A stretch of 64,000 bases of DNA from Octopus vulgaris (GCA_951406725.2 OX597821.1:12338001-12402000); one strand, 5' to 3'. Shown: positions 41,355 through 56,374, counted from the first letter of the stretch. Numbers and translations: made by a program. Notes: generated from the sequence alone by a model not told the origin.

Positions 41355-42689
41355 GGTTTATATTTTGAAAGAATATATAATTTAGTAGAATGAATTTTCG
41401 TGTATGTTTGAGACATTTCGAACTCTATGTTTAAACTAAGCAAACAGTGGTGTCAAATGCCATTGTGTTGCCATTAGATTCAATCGATTTATTCCCAACG
41501 ATCCCTACGTAGTGTATGAATAGGAATAAATTCCTGTAACCACAGGAGAAATTATTTTCGAGATATTTTTTTCTTGGAGACTATTTACGATGATAGGTTT
41601 CTATCCGTCGTACGAATAAGTTACACCATATGCCCCTTCGATATTCACTAGCGCCTTTTCTATTCCCATTTTGTCCCCAACAAAGCATGCTGTAGAATTC
41701 CGCCCCAGAATATACAACGCTGCTGTGAGGGTCATTAGAATTTTATGTATAGCTAAGAAACTTCTTTGCTGGTGGAGAATACTGTGTGTACAGGTCAAAA
41801 TTGATATAAATACCTGAGGATCATGTTGATGTTTAGTCCTGACAAGAATGAAGAAGGCCTGAAAGATATGGATTATGATGTAGTGGGTACCATTTTTGTT
41901 TTTTGTATATTTCTGTAGGTATACATACATCGGTATGTATACGCATTCAGTGATTTGATTGATGGCGTATATTTCTGTGTTCGCGTTGAGGATCCTTAAT
42001 GTCTGAATGGATACTTTTCACTTTTTCTATTCCTTGCCTGCCACTTCCGAACTATGATATGTGCGTAAGTGTGTCGGGTTTATCTATCCATATAGCTATG
42101 CTGGTAGATAGGCATGCCTTTGCCTAAAGATGTGTGCCTCTAAATATGTGCTTATATCACCATTTCTTATTTCTTTCCGTTGTAGATTTACGAGAATTAA
42201 TGAAAAACAATACAAAGCTCTCAATTCTAGAAGAAATTTACTATATGTACGTCTGTGTGAACTATGAATTTACACACGCACACACACAAACATACACACA
42301 CACGCACATAAATACACATACATATACATACAAATATGCGCAAACAAGCACAGACACATATGTATGTATGTATTTATGTGAGTACGTACGTACATATATA
42401 TACTTGTATGTATAATGTATGTATATATGTATGTATGTATACATAAATAAATACATACATTCACATCTAAATAAATACACACATATAAATAAATACATAC
42501 ATTCACAGCTAATCTTTTCTGTTCAGCTGGATTCTTAGTGTAACGTGTGTTGCAACATATTTAATCTGTATTCTCTGTCTCAGACTCACATTTACAAAGT
42601 TACAGTTTTGAAAATCGTGGTCAAATGTTTTTTTATTTTTTTATTTTTGTATTTGATTTTCTTTTGTTTTCTTTTTAATTACTCAAGAC

Positions 42690-42905
42690 AGATTTCGATA
42701 CGGAGCGTCATATTTTACACGATGCCAATGCCTCACAGGGATACATTCTGTACACGGGACCTTTAATAAAATCAGAAAGTTGCTTACAACATAGAATTTA
42801 AAAAATAACATTGGATAAACTGCGAACGATGATACCGGACCAGTCAAGCATTGGACGATACACTCAGGGAAGATCAGCTGCTACAAATTCAATCATAGAC
42901 CAACT
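42690..42905 (+). mobile_element. degenerate CR1-group LINE 3' end
   Basis: ..TLDKLRTMIPDQSSIGRYTQGRSAATNSIIDQ resembles the CR1 ORF2 C-terminus (LDK..IPDQP..RAA.SNS..DQ). Confidence 0.55.
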
Positions 42906-43072
42906 TACTGCCAAGTTCGTCTATGAGCTCAGGCAGTGCTCCAGAGTGGCTGCAGCCCTGGGACTGAAACCATTAAAAGAATAAAGCAAACAAAGAAAAG
43001 CAATAAAGAAGGGAAATCAATGTGGCATGGTTTTATAATTAAACTTTTATACCAAGTTATTATGTTATTCGC

Positions 43073-43370
43073 CGTTTTCAAGCCTAGCCAGGCTTATGGG
43101 CCCGGTTTCCCGGTTTCTGTGGCGTATTTGTTCCCTTCATCTGGACGGGACGCCAGTCCATCGCAGCGTTACTCAAGAAACAGTAAGAAAGAGTGAGAGA
43201 AAGTTGGGGCGAAAGAGTACAACGGGGGTTGCCACCATGCCCTGCCGGAGCCTCGTGGAGCTTTAGGTGTTTTCGCTCAATAAACACACATAACGCTCGG
43301 TCTGGGAATCGAAACCACGATCCTCCGACCGCGAGACCGCTTCCCTAACCACTCGGCCATTGCGCCTTCA
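43073..43370 (-). mobile_element. SINE family C
   Basis: Head matches 13267-13570; different 3' part. Confidence 0.85.
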
Positions 43371-43439
43371 CTTCTATCAAGTCGGATATCCTTTTCTTCT
43401 TTCCGGTGGGAGAAATTTTCCAATTAACTTGTTTGTTGA

Positions 43440-45470
43440 AAACGCTCAGTTAAGTACCTTTGTTGAATACATGTATATTTTCAAGGTATATCAAATTTAT
43501 AGCCCTTAATTTCGCTTAATGTTAGGACATATCCCTCCTGTAAGTGGTCTGCCAATGCATTTTTAGGCTCCATATTCGAGTTACCTCTATTTCCAGATTT
43601 TGCATTTTGATAGTTTCTCAGTTTCTTTTAAAGATGCATTGTCATCCGTTGGTATTGATATATCGATTAGAAGGCATTTTTCTTGGTGATGTCTGAGAAC
43701 TATATCCGGCTATACACACTATCTGTGTGTATTGACATATCACAGATTACTGTTGCTTTCTTATTTTTTGAGACCTTTTCTGGGGTATGCCTATACCATC
43801 CTTTTTCTATTGTTATTCCATAGTGTTGCCATCCTTTCCGATGTACACAGCTTCCAACTCTGTCATATCTGAGAATATATTCCTTCTTAGACAGGACTAG
43901 GCAGCCAGAGTCAATATGATTTATTGTTTCTTCTCCATCACCACATAATCTGCAGTTACTTGTATTTATTTTTAATTATGAGTTTTTGGTGATTTGTGGT
44001 GGGAAGGCATTAATCTGGAGCTGCAATTAAAAGTATTTTAGTCTCTGCTTTCAATCTTGAGCTCCTTAAACATTCTTGCGAATTTAATTTGTCTATTGAT
44101 TTTCTGTTCAAATTCACCCAATATTTTTCATGTAAGGAATTTTCTTGTCATCGTTTTATCATACGTTGTTGTTCAATTTTAAGTTTTAGATTTCAGTTGT
44201 TTTACAGTTTTTGTTGTTTCTTCTTTTCCTTCATAGTTGTCAGATACTATGACTTCATTTTGGGTCTTGTCAGGTTCCTGAAAGACACGAAACAGATAAT
44301 TTTGCTGACTGTATTTTCTGGCTATTTGTATCAGCTTTCCTTGCTTCGGAATTAGGTGTTTCTGTAATCCTGTGGCGGTTGATTTATAATAATTTTCTAG
44401 CTATACAAACCTCTTCATCTTCAATACGTTGTATATATAACCATTCTATGCTAGATTCTGCATGGTGCACGCTAAATTCTGCTATCGTTTTTCTTGTTTC
44501 CCTGTCTAGTTTGATTAGTTCATTTAGAGTTCAGTTAAGATTATTCTAGCTGTAACATATAACTAAGACTGCTATAGTGTTGATACTTATCTTGTTATTA
44601 GCTATGAGCTCTATTTTCCGTATTAATCCAACTCGTCTATAATATGTCTTCCTTATCTTCTCTTTCATTTGTGTGTGTTGGGTCGTATCTAGTTCATTAA
44701 TTCCTTAGTATTTGTATGTCTGACTTTAGTCTAATTCTCTTATTTCATTTGCTTTATCTAGTGTGATATTGTTACTGTAAACTGGTTTTCCTCTTTTCAA
44801 TGTTGCTCTGGCACGTTTTTCTAAGCCGAATTTCATGTTTATATCTTTGGTAAATGCATCCTCTATCTGTAGCAAAGTTTCCAGCCACTTGCTATTTGCA
44901 GCATAAAGTTTTAGATCCTACATATTCAAGAGATAATTGATTGTTTTGCCGTAGCAGTTCTATCCGCATCCAGCTCTGTTTAGCATATCAGATAAAGGAG
45001 TTTGTGCCAAGTAGAAAAGGAGTGGAGAGAGCGAGGGCCCCTGGAATATTACTCTTCCAGTGACGATGGCTTTGGTTTTTATTAATCCCTCATTTACATG
45101 GAGCTGTAGCACTGTATGCCATTGATTCGTGGAATGTTTGATATATTTTATGATTGTTGGAGTTACTTAATCATGGCCAGTGTTTCTATAATCCAAGTGA
45201 GAAGAATACTATCAAAACACTTTCGATAATCGGTCCAAACCATGCTTAGAACCCCATCGTTTAACTTTGGGTGTCTTCAATTGTGACTTTGTTGATCAAT
45301 AGCTGTATGGGACCTTGCAACATCACCCTCTGCTCTTCTGGAAACATATTGCTTTCTTCCAGATATTTGTCCATTCTCTGCGATATTATTGCAGGGAGAC
45401 AAGGTATCACTTGGTACTTTTGTTGGTTTGCCGTTTCATTGGATTTGAGAATTAGGATAGTTTTCCCATC
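43440..45470 (-). mobile_element. degenerate R4/Dong-clade LINE (RT + CCHC zinc knuckle + REL endonuclease)
   Basis: LSMVWTDYRKCFDSI, IFQGPSLSPLLF, LLNM*DLKLYA (YMDD site), CRLCG..ETINH, YDRVG, PDIV..KCLLIDISIP; many stops and frameshifts. Confidence 0.88.
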
Positions 45471-45954
45471 ATGACTACCCGTCTGATAAAGGTACACCAG
45501 ACACATGCCTTACAACTATATGTGCACGATATGGTGATCTCATATCAATATAAACAAAACAGAACCTTGCAGGTGGGTCCCAGTTAGAATTTTCTTGTGG
45601 TCGAGTCGCCCACCCCGCTCAAAAGGTCCCTGAATAAGGATTGTTCAAGGATGTTGAACGAAAAAACCCATGTTTCCAAACGTGAATTATCCAAACCTCT
45701 AAAATGTCCTTTCAATAGAAAGGTATGATGCTCCCCCACTACTTCTGTTCATGAACAGAGATGCACATTTCCTCACCCACTAAGGGACATGCTCAACTGG
45801 TTAAAGTCAAACAACTGACAAGGAAATATGTGGTATTGAGCAGAATATTTGCTGTAGCCCATCTTTTGTATCAAGACAAAATAATGTACATAACACTTCC
45901 AATCAGTTAAGATCAGCAGTTATGAGAGCCACTGTCAGGTACTGCATCAGGGCG

Positions 45955-45955
<1 letters not shown>
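45465..45955. repeat. unclassified (TAA)n-associated interspersed repeat joined to the Dong fragment
   Basis: Homologous to 11006-11352; abuts (TTA)n at 45957-46097. Confidence 0.75.
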
Positions 45956-46040
<85 letters not shown>

Positions 46041-46041
46041 T

Positions 46042-46098
<57 letters not shown>

Positions 46099-46309
46099 TC
46101 AAGACGGGGAGCTGGTAGAATCATTAATGCATCAGGCTATAAAACATATCCCAATTTTCAAAATTTCCGTTAAAATATGTAATACTGGATTTGGTGTAAA
46201 ATGGCTACCTTGCGGCAGCATTTGGTACATACATTTTTGATGTTGTTGGTGTTGATGTGAATAGTCATTACAGCACAGCATTAGCAAAAGCGCTTGTAGT
46301 TGTATATTA

Positions 46310-46510
<201 letters not shown>

Positions 46511-46788
46511 CCTGTTGTTGTTGGCTTTAGTTTTGTAGTAGTAAGGAACGACTGCAGTGCTGAATGATTCGCTTTACTCTCAGATCATCCGTGAATTTGC
46601 TGACGCACACACACACGCGCGCACACACACATGCACACATTCATCTATACATTTACGTATGTATGAATAAAGATTTTTTTTCCTTTTTCTGTTGCATTAA
46701 GGAACGATGTAAAACTACACACGCATACCATTACAAACGTATACATACACAGAGACATATGCATGCTGTGTATATATATAATGCATAT

Positions 46789-46921
<133 letters not shown>

Positions 46922-47088
46922 TGTATAAATGTGTGTGTGTGTATATATATATATATATGTATGTATATATTTATATGTATATATACATATATTTAAGTGG
47001 GTGAATGAATTATCCTATGTTTATCGTCAGCATGTGTCGAGAGTAAAGGAATTTTGTTAACATATTCGTTCGACACCATTCTTTCATT

Positions 47089-47134
<46 letters not shown>

Positions 47135-47614
47135 ACCAACAGATATTGTGTGCAACGATATATGTCAGACACACGAACACAAAAGCACGGATGGAAACGA
47201 GTATAAAATATCCGTCGGTTCTCTAAAACAAAAACCCAAACGCACTTTTATATAGTAATAGATGAGCGCCTGCAAAATGGTTCATTTCAAAATGACAGCA
47301 GGCCTGTTTCGTCGGATTTAATATATCGAATGTAAACATAGATCAATGAGTAATATCAAAGGAAGAGCAGCGCTGTGATGATATTGATCTTACACTTTAG
47401 TAGAGTGGACTTAGAGAGATTTGCTAATTTGAATAAACAACATTAAACTTGTTAGGTTCTGAACTTTTAAAATTATCTCCGATTTCCTCCTTTTCGCTTT
47501 CAAATACTAGCTTGGCCTTTGTTCTTCTCTCACCCAACCATCGAACCTGTTTTCAATTACTCTCTTTCTCCCTTCTTCTTTCTCTATCGCTCGTGCACAT
47601 GTTCTTGCTTTATG

Positions 47615-47657
<43 letters not shown>

Positions 47658-48199
47658 GTATTCGAATATATCTATTGAGTCCATATATACGTATGTGTAT
47701 ATGTGTGAGTGTGTTTGTGTGTGAGTGTGTGTGCATACTAGTGAGTTTTTACATACATACATACATATATACATACATGCATATATATATTTCTCTGTGT
47801 GTGTGTGTGTGTGTACACACCCTTATACTCTAACATATGCGTACTGCATACGCGTGCACACGCCCACACACACACGTATATATACATACTTATATATATG
47901 TAAAACATGTTTATCTATATATCTGCATTTATGCAAACCTGCAAGTATATATACAGGGCGCTTTAAGTATGTTATTTAATTTTCAGGTATGCATCAATAT
48001 ATAAGGAAAATGTTGCTTATTTCTGCCTTTTCATTGATTCTGTCTCATGTTGATTCATTTCAGTACCTTTCACATTTGCAACTCTATCTAACTAAGGATG
48101 TATTTGAGTATATACACATTTTTCTATATTAGAGGGATGTGTAAAGATTGTGTTATCAAGTTACTGCAAAGACGTCCGTGTAAACAGAATGTATATTAC

Positions 48200-48599
48200 A
48201 GACAATTTTCAAAGAAAGATTTTGTGAAATTATTCTTAAACTTGTTTTGACCGTTTAGAATTGGAATTTTTGGAAAGTAAAAATTTTGCAATATTTAGCT
48301 TCTTATTCTGTTTAAGTGAACATCTTTCTGGTTGAAATACACCGAAAAATGGCGACACAGCAATCAAAAAATCGTAAATAATAGGGATTTTCATAGAAAA
48401 AAAAAATCACCTCTTCATGTAAATAAGTTTTGGTGTTACCATGGTCCGATTTGAATTTTTTCTTCTACGGAAGGAAGAGCAAGCCTTCTATCATACTCTC
48501 AATTTTGGTCAACTTGCGCCGCAGGGTCTCGGAGGAGATAGTATTGGTTGAAAGCTACCAAACCTGCCATACACAGGCAACTTCAGCTTTATATATAGA
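48200..48599 (-). mobile_element. Helitron-like non-autonomous fragment (5' end)
   Basis: Minus strand starts TCTATATATAAAGCTGAAGTTGCCTGTG, like the other Helitron-type 5' ends; no CTAG end found. Confidence 0.45.
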
Positions 48600-49641
48600 T
48601 TTCGTATATTTTCATATTAACGCTAGCTGTTATATTGTAATTATATTATATCAGAAGGGTGGAAAATAGCGCCATTAAGTACGTATTTCCATCACGAAAA
48701 TCACTGGTCACTATATTTTTATAGTTAAAATGGCAGAATAAATATTATTTTGAGCGCATAATAAAGAAAATGAAGGATTCGTTTGAAATGCACCGTGTTA
48801 TCTTTTTTATCAAAAGTACTTATATATGTAGAAATATTCTATTACTATCCTCCCCGCCCCCGTCGTTATCATCCCCGTCCTCTCTTCTACGCTTCCTCCT
48901 TCTTCTCCTCCTCTACATTATAATCAAATCGAGATTGTTCGGATTTTTATGAACATTCTCAGTGATCAGTAGGCTTCTCGGCGGTAAATGTATTCAAATG
49001 AGTTGCAATGCGACCCCCGTTTTTCTCCACATATGTGAAACAGATAAATACTACTGTGGAACGACAATCGACGTGTTTGTACCCCCACTCCTACATAAAA
49101 TTGGGATTAAGGCACTACATCAAAGGATAGATCTCTTTGAAGTAGTTTAACTGATGCTGCAGATATCACTGGCTTTCATAACGGTGCAACATTTGTTATC
49201 ATATCAGCGGGGCATTGATGAGTCAACATATTCTGTAGTAAATGGAGATTTTTCTACGTATTTCAAACAACAGTTGCTTTTTCTTTATAAGACTGAAATA
49301 AAATCATATAAATTTCGCAATGAAATATAAATTTAGTATCAATGGTGTAAGTTTTCAGCAATACCTATGATGTATATCATTAATCTACCACATTTTGGCA
49401 ATACATCAAATATAATTATTTTAAATCTCTTTCTGTTTTTTTCAGTCATTCGTTAACGGATCGAAACGTTTTATCGGATAAATCTACTCCACTACATGTT
49501 GGCAAGCCTGCTGCTTATTCTAGTTATACGTACACACACACATACACGCTTACACAAACACACACACACACACACATATATATATACAGGCACATACATA
49601 TACACATGAGTCGATTGTATTTAACACACTATCCTCGTACA

Positions 49642-49925
49642 GTGGAGGCACATCGGCTAGTGGTTAGAGCAGCGGACTCGTGGTCGAGGGAGCGCGGGTT
49701 CGAATCTCAGACCGGGCGATGTGTGTGTTTATGAGCGAAACATCTAAGATCCAAGCGGCTCCGGCTGGCTCTTTCACCACAACATTCTCTCACTCTTTCC
49801 TCCTGCATCTTGCAGCCCAACTGCGACGGACCGGCGTCCCGTCCAGGTGGGGAACCTATACGCCAAGGAGACCGCGAAACCGGCCCTATGAGCCAGGCGA
49901 GGCTCGAGAAGGACCACACAACTGT
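49642..49925 (+). mobile_element. SINE family C
   Basis: GTGGAGGCACATCGGCTAGTGGTTAGAGCAGCGGACTCG..GGTTCGAATCTC (A and B boxes). Confidence 0.85.
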
Positions 49926-50422
49926 TACTTCTAAAGGATGAAATAATTCTCATACAAGTGAGTAGTTTTTCGTCTTTGGTGCGCTCGACAAAGGCTATCA
50001 CAACTCACACCTAAACCTGCATAGATGTATTAAGAATAAGTATACAGATCTCGCTTTACACGGTGCAAAGTATGATGTTATATCGCTTGGCAGACTTAAG
50101 CAGCCATCAGCAAATAAACTGTTTGCTAAAAGTATAAACAAAGAAATTTGTTTGGCTGGACTTAAATGTCCGGAGTACTTTTGGTCGATGAGATACATGT
50201 CGAAACACCGGTATCTCAGAATCCTCTGCGTGAATAAGACTAGTGTTTGTTAGACTCACTCTTGTCATAAATAAGGGATGTTTTTTCTCCTTTGACATTT
50301 ACAACAGCGATTAGCATATTTTACCTATGAATCTGCAATTACATATCAAAAACAAATCTGTGAATATTCGCTCCAGATCTCACCTTAGGCGATACATATA
50401 ACGATCTTATATATAACGATCT

Positions 50423-50652
50423 TAGACGGAAACTGAAAGAAGCCCGTCGTATATATGTATATATGTGTGTGTGTGTGGATGTATATGTTTGTGTGTCTGT
50501 GTTTGCCCCCCCCATCACCTGACAACCAATAGAATATATACTAGGCTTATAAAGAATAAGTCCTGGGGTCGATTTGCTCGACGAAAGGCGGTACTCCAGC
50601 ATGGCCACAGTGAAATGACCGAAACAAGTAAGAGAGTAAAGAATAAAAAGAG
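50423..50652 (+). mobile_element. SINE family A, 3' part
   Basis: GACGGAAACTGAAAGAAGCCCGTCG...CCAGCATGGCCACAG. Confidence 0.82.
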
Positions 50653-50689
50653 TATATACATATGTATGCGTGTGTGAGTGAATAACTAA

Positions 50690-50938
50690 AGGCCCTTCCA
50701 GAGCCGTAGGCTACTAATCCCGGTTTACAGATTCTGTAGCGAATACATTCCCAACCGCCATTTGACAGGACGGCTACAACAGACGGGACACCGGCGACGG
50801 ACAAAACGTCGGTCCATAATAGGATTTCTGATTTTTGTCAGCTGAGTGGACAAATGAAAAAAAACCCGTTCCAGGAATCGAAACAAAAATCTTACGATTG
50901 TGAGTGCACACACTAACCACTAAGCCACGCAGCTCCAC
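50690..50938 (-). mobile_element. SINE family C-related, diverged
   Basis: Minus strand GTGGAGCTGCGTGGCTTAGTGGTTAG...GTTTCGATTCCTGG. Confidence 0.7.
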
Positions 50939-52016
50939 ATATATATATATTTGCACAATATATAAATATGTATGTGTGTATATGTAGGTGAGCGCGCGGT
51001 TGTGCGATTGCGCGTGTGTTATAAAGAATTTACTATGGTATGTATTTATTTGACATATATTTATTCCTTATTCGTATATTCTTACTTATAGTGATATAGA
51101 TACGACTCTATGTAGCCGTATATTCTGCTTAGAGTCAAAGACAGTCACAAGAATGCATTACATATAATTTTTAATCTTTTTTACTTTTTCAATGAAATAC
51201 ATGTGTTTTGCTTCGTGTTCTTATAATTTCGTTTCTTTGAATTCATTTTTCGTTCTGTTTCTGTTTGAAAGTAAATTATTTCCAATAACTGCTACACCAG
51301 CTGTATCGATAGGCGGAGGTGTTCAGGAAGTAAACGTCTGATCACTTCAAAGACGAGCTAGATCAGAAAAATACCTGATGACCCAATTATTTGTGTCTTT
51401 ATCTTGCTAAGATCAATATGTTTGTAGAGGGCATTCCCTAAGGATGTGTCTGTTTGTGATTCATCTACAATGACATTGAACATCAAAGATAGGGAGATAT
51501 CAAGATAAAGAAAAGAAGAACGGAAAGGAAAACGTGAGAGAAAGTAAGAGAGACACAGATGTAGTTAAGAAGATGAGGTAGATATACAGATGAATTGCAA
51601 GGAAAATGGTGAGATATAAGTGAAAACGGAGAAGAATATATAATAGAAAATTAATGATAGGTTGACTACACACACTTGTACACGCACACGCACACACGCA
51701 CACACTCATAGACACACACTCAGATATATATATGTAGATAGAGAGGCGGAGGCAGAGAGAGAGTGTGAGATATCTAGACGTATAGAATTCTTAAGCGATG
51801 CACAGATATGTATTGGTATATAGACTGAGAAATAATAAACATAGCGTTACAGATGCAAGGAATTATCGTCAAAAGCAGTAGCTATTGGCTTGGTGGACAG
51901 ATCAGAGATGACCACTGTATTTAACAATGATCTGTGTAAAGACTGATCTAATACAAACATACACACATTTGCATACGCACATACAAATATTCACACAAAC
52001 ACACACACACACACAC

Positions 52017-52065
<49 letters not shown>

Positions 52066-52083
52066 TATATACGACTATGCACT

Positions 52084-52129
<46 letters not shown>

Positions 52130-52148
52130 TATACGACGAGCTTTTTAC

Positions 52149-52311
52149 TACGGGCTTCTTTCAGTTTCCGTCTACGAAATCCAGTCACGAGACTGTCAAT
52201 GGCCAGACACTATAGAACAAGACGTTTGTTGAAGGTGTAACGCAGTGATGATGAAATCAGAATCCCTGTACTTGGGAACCAAACTTCTTACCACAGAGCC
52301 ACGTCCGCGCC
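52149..52311 (-). mobile_element. SINE family A, diverged 5' half
   Basis: CGGGCTTCTTTCAGTTTCCGTCTAC...TTACCACAGAGCCAC. Confidence 0.7.
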
Positions 52312-52544
52312 CTCATCTACGCCTGTCTTTATATAGCAATTTCGGCAGTAACCCCGAAGGTTTGTATCATCTGACATTGGTTAATTTAACGCTTTTTGGG
52401 TCTTCTAGTTTTTGGTGATATTGTCGCATGGGCAAAGTGGTCACAAACTACATGTATTAATACATTCAAAACACTAAATGTCTCAATGCCACCCAAAACA
52501 GATATGCTCAGTGTAATCAAACGCTGTGTGAGCAAACCTAATAT

Positions 52545-53078
52545 TATTGTGTTGTTCGGAAAGTTTGTGCCGATTTAGAGTAGCTTAGATTTTGACTCAT
52601 ATCAGAACATGGTTGAGTCCATAAAATAGGATTTGACTACACCTCCATTTAGAGCACATTTTATGCTAACTTTTCGTGGAAGAATGTTTATGTTCCTATA
52701 ACCTGTGCTAATTCTGTAACCCTTCAAAATGGAAGATAAGAAAGTTCATTTTCCGCACTTGATGCTTTGAGAACCAGACAAAAATTGCTGCAGCTCGACT
52801 GGGATGTGTTTCCCCACCCTCCATATTCACCAGATTTTGCTCCTTCGGATTTTCACTTATTCAGGTCTCTGCAGAATAGTCTTAATGGTAAAAATTTCAA
52901 TTCCTTGGATGACGTAATTCAATTCTGGGAAGAGGGTATTTTCAATTTAAAGGAAAGGTGGAGATGCATTGTGCAACAAAATGGTTTATATTTGGTTGAT
53001 TAAAAGTGTAATGACAAGTATTCATTGACCTTTTTCTTTCCTTTAAAAAGCGGCACAAACTTTCCGCACAACCCAATA
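52545..53078 (+). mobile_element. internally deleted mariner (MITE-like, about 530 bp)
   Basis: TIRs TTGTGTTGTTCGGAAAGTTTGTGCCG / CGGCACAAACTTTCCGCACAACCCAA, TA at both ends; MEDKKVHFPHLML fused to ..WDVFPHPPYSPDFAPSDFHLFRSL. Confidence 0.9.
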
Positions 53079-53092
53079 TTTCCAAATTAAAG

Positions 53093-53278
53093 ACTGTGAG
53101 CTGGTAGAATCGTTAGTACTCCGGGCAAAAGCCTTAGCGTTATTTTGTACGTCTTCACTTTCTGAGTTCAAATTCCGCCGAGGTCGACTTTGTCCGTCAT
53201 CCTTTTAGAGTTGATAAAATAAGTGCCAGTCCACTTAGACCCTCCTCCAAAATTGCTGGCCTTGAGCCAATATTTGAC
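53093..53278 (+). mobile_element. SINE family B
   Basis: GAGCTGGTAGAATCGTTAG..TTCTGAGTTCAAATTCCGCCGAGGTCGAC. Confidence 0.8.
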
Positions 53279-53544
53279 AATAATATTCACTGGATGACAT
53301 GAGTACATGCATGTTTCGTTTCATAAATACAAATTATGAAAATATGAAGGAGGGCTCAAATTCAATACTCATACGGCCAATCGCATGTATAAAGTAAATT
53401 AAGCGTCAGTGTCTTTTGTGGAGTAAAACATGAATACAAAGCTTATTATGATCAGTGAATTTAGTGAACATCAACCAAGATGTACTATCGCCTACCTGAT
53501 GAGTGCGGTGTTGTGGCTCAAAGAGAAATACATATGCAAAAAAC

Positions 53545-54435
53545 ACTACTACTACTACTAGGACCACCACTACCACTACTACCACAACTACTACTACTAC
53601 TACCACCAGCACCACTACTCGCCACCACCATCGCTAGTAGTAATACAGCTACTACACTACAACAACCACCATCACACTCACTACTACTACTACTAATACT
53701 ACTACTACTACTATTACCACCGCCAGCACCTTTACTCGCCACCACCACCACTAGTAGTAATACTACTATTACCGCCACAACCATCACACTCACTACTACT
53801 ACTACTACTACTACAACTACTACTACTACTACTAATACTACTACAACTACTACTACTCCCACCACCACCACTACTCGCCACCACCATCACTTGTAGTAAT
53901 GCTACTACTACCAACACCACCATCTACTGCTCTACTGCTAATACTACTACTACTATACTACTACTACTACCACCACCATCACTACTACTACTACTATTTC
54001 TGCTGCTACTGCTGCAACTGCCGCTGCCTCTACTACAACTACTAATACTAGTAGTACCACTACAACTACTAATACTACTACTAATAACACCACCACCAAT
54101 ATCACCACCACTACTAACACCACAACCAAAACCACCATCACCACCACTACTACTACTAGTACCGCTACGGCTACCACCACCACCACCACCACCACCACTA
54201 CTACTACTACTAGTACCGCCACAGCTACTAATACTACAACTAATAACACCACCACCGCAAGCACGACCACTGCTAACGCAAGTACCGCCACGGCTACTAA
54301 TATACTACTACTAATACTACCCGCACCAGTACCATCACCATCACCACTAATACTACTACTACGACTACTACTACTACTAATAATAATAATAATAATAATA
54401 CAACTACTGACACGGCTGCTGCTGCTGCTGCTGAG
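53545..54435. repeat. degenerate (ACT)n/(ACC)n low-complexity tract
   Basis: Direct observation. Confidence 0.9.
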
Positions 54436-55883
54436 GCTACGTTTGTCTTACCTAATTAATTTACCTGAATGTCTTAGCTTTCACATTTCGCGATTTTTAC
54501 ATCTCCAGAATAAACTATATAATCAATCTATTTACTTATTCGGTGATCTCTGGAAGAATCGTTGACGTAGAGATATAGAAAGGAGACTTATAAAAAAAGA
54601 AATAAAAATAAGTAGGTCGATTACAAGTAAAAAGAAAATCAAAGGGAACATTATTCAAATTTCTGCATGAAAAGGAACAACTGTAGAAAAAAAAAATCGA
54701 GAGGACGAGGGATAGGGAGATAGGGAGAGAGAATATGAGAGAGAGGGAGTGAGTGAAGTAATGCATACAAGTCTAGTGAAAAGCAGGAGAGATGTTAAAT
54801 GCGAACAGAAACTCACATACAGGTACACGTGCTTACATATATATTCACATGTTTGTATACATATGCATATGCATGTATATATGTATGTATGTATGCATGT
54901 GTGTGTGTATGTATGTATGTGTGAGAAAATGCTTTAGTTTTAGATTTCAAACAGATTTTTGATAATGCACGTGCACGTGTATTTTTCGTGTGCGTGTGCA
55001 TTTGCGCGTGTGCTTGTATCCATGCATGCAAAAATGTGCGCTATTAAGTATATAATTCAGAGACAGATAGAGACATAAAGAGGGATTGAAAAAATGAGGG
55101 AGAGAGAGAGAGAAAGTGAGAGAGGCAGACAGAGACAAAGCGCGAGAGAAAGAGTGATAGAATTTGAGTGAAATTAACATACCGAAAGGTAAAAAGAAAA
55201 TTGAGTGATAAAAAAAATGTAATAAATTTTACATCGTGGATGATTTATTTACTCTTCGTGCATGTCCGCGTTTGCGTGTGCACGTGTGTTTGGCACATGA
55301 TAAAAACGCAAGTAGCAAAAAGGAAAAAAAAAATGTGAAAGACGAAAAGCAAACAATTTTGCACTTTTCCGTCTTGTATATGTAGGGGAAATTATTCGAC
55401 TGCGATGGTAGGAAATTATTAGACTTGCCTCTGTGTAGAAATGGGAAAATATTTGCTTCTATAGAAAGATAGAAATTTAGTTAACTCTATGTAGATTTGA
55501 AGTTTCATAAGCAGTCACTCGCAAACGAATGTGGTCTACTAAAACGTACCTCAATTTTGAAAGTTGTTTTAGGCAATGTGTGTAGAGAAGAGACTGCGCT
55601 TCTCCCACGCCATTTTTGATCCAGGTAAGCATTGCTAATGTAATACCTGGAGCAGCAAAAAATTGATAGTCCTGCTCAAGTGCACATCAGGATGCATGGA
55701 TCAGACATTCATTTTATTAATTTGTTATTTATGATCAAGACCCTAGATGATCAAGATCTCAAATACACTAAACACTGACCATGGAATAAACAGAACTGAT
55801 AATAAATAATACTTAACGCATACGCCGTGCGTGCATACACATTCGTGCATACATATATGTTTGCACGTATGTGAATATGTGCA

Positions 55884-56008
55884 CCAACCACATGGTTCTG
55901 GGTTCAGTCCCACTGCGTAGCACCTTGGCAAAGAATCTTCTACTATAGCCTCGGGCAAACCAAAGCCTTGTGAGTGGATTTGGTAGAAAGAAACTGAAAG
56001 GAGCCCGT

Positions 56009-56052
<44 letters not shown>

Positions 56053-56283
56053 GTATGTGTGTGTATATGTTTCTGTGTCTGTGTTTGTCCGCCCCCCCCC
56101 CCAACATCACTTGACAACCGATGCTGGTGTGTTTACGCCCCCGTAACTTATCGGTTCGGCAAAAGAGAGCGATAGAATAAGTACTAGGCTTACAAAGAAT
56201 AAGTCCTGGGGTTGATTTGCTCGACTAAAGGCGGTGCTCCAGCATGGTCGCAGTCAAATGACTGAAACAAGTAAAGAGTAAGA
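55884..56283 (+). mobile_element. SINE family A, slightly 5'-truncated
   Basis: CCAACCACATGGTTCTGGGTTCAGTCCC...GAAACAAGTAAAGAG. Confidence 0.88.
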
Positions 56284-56285
56284 GC

Positions 56286-56319
<34 letters not shown>

Positions 56320-56325
56320 TTATAC

Positions 56326-56374
<49 letters not shown>

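Noticed and set aside
41601-41930. 109-aa ORF with a protein-like C-terminal half
   Set aside because: No identifiable family or splice signals; cannot be supported without a search
49642-49715. tRNA-like sequence with A and B boxes
   Set aside because: SINE head: no proper acceptor stem, and it continues into the SINE body
50180-50220. TCGATGA-GAT..GTC-GAAACACCGGTA hammerhead-like string
   Set aside because: Core is altered at invariant positions, helix I is absent, and an alternative hairpin GAGATAC/GTATCTC explains the symmetry
51335-51390. DHFKDELDQKIPDDP resembling a CR1 C-terminus
   Set aside because: Too short to support as a feature
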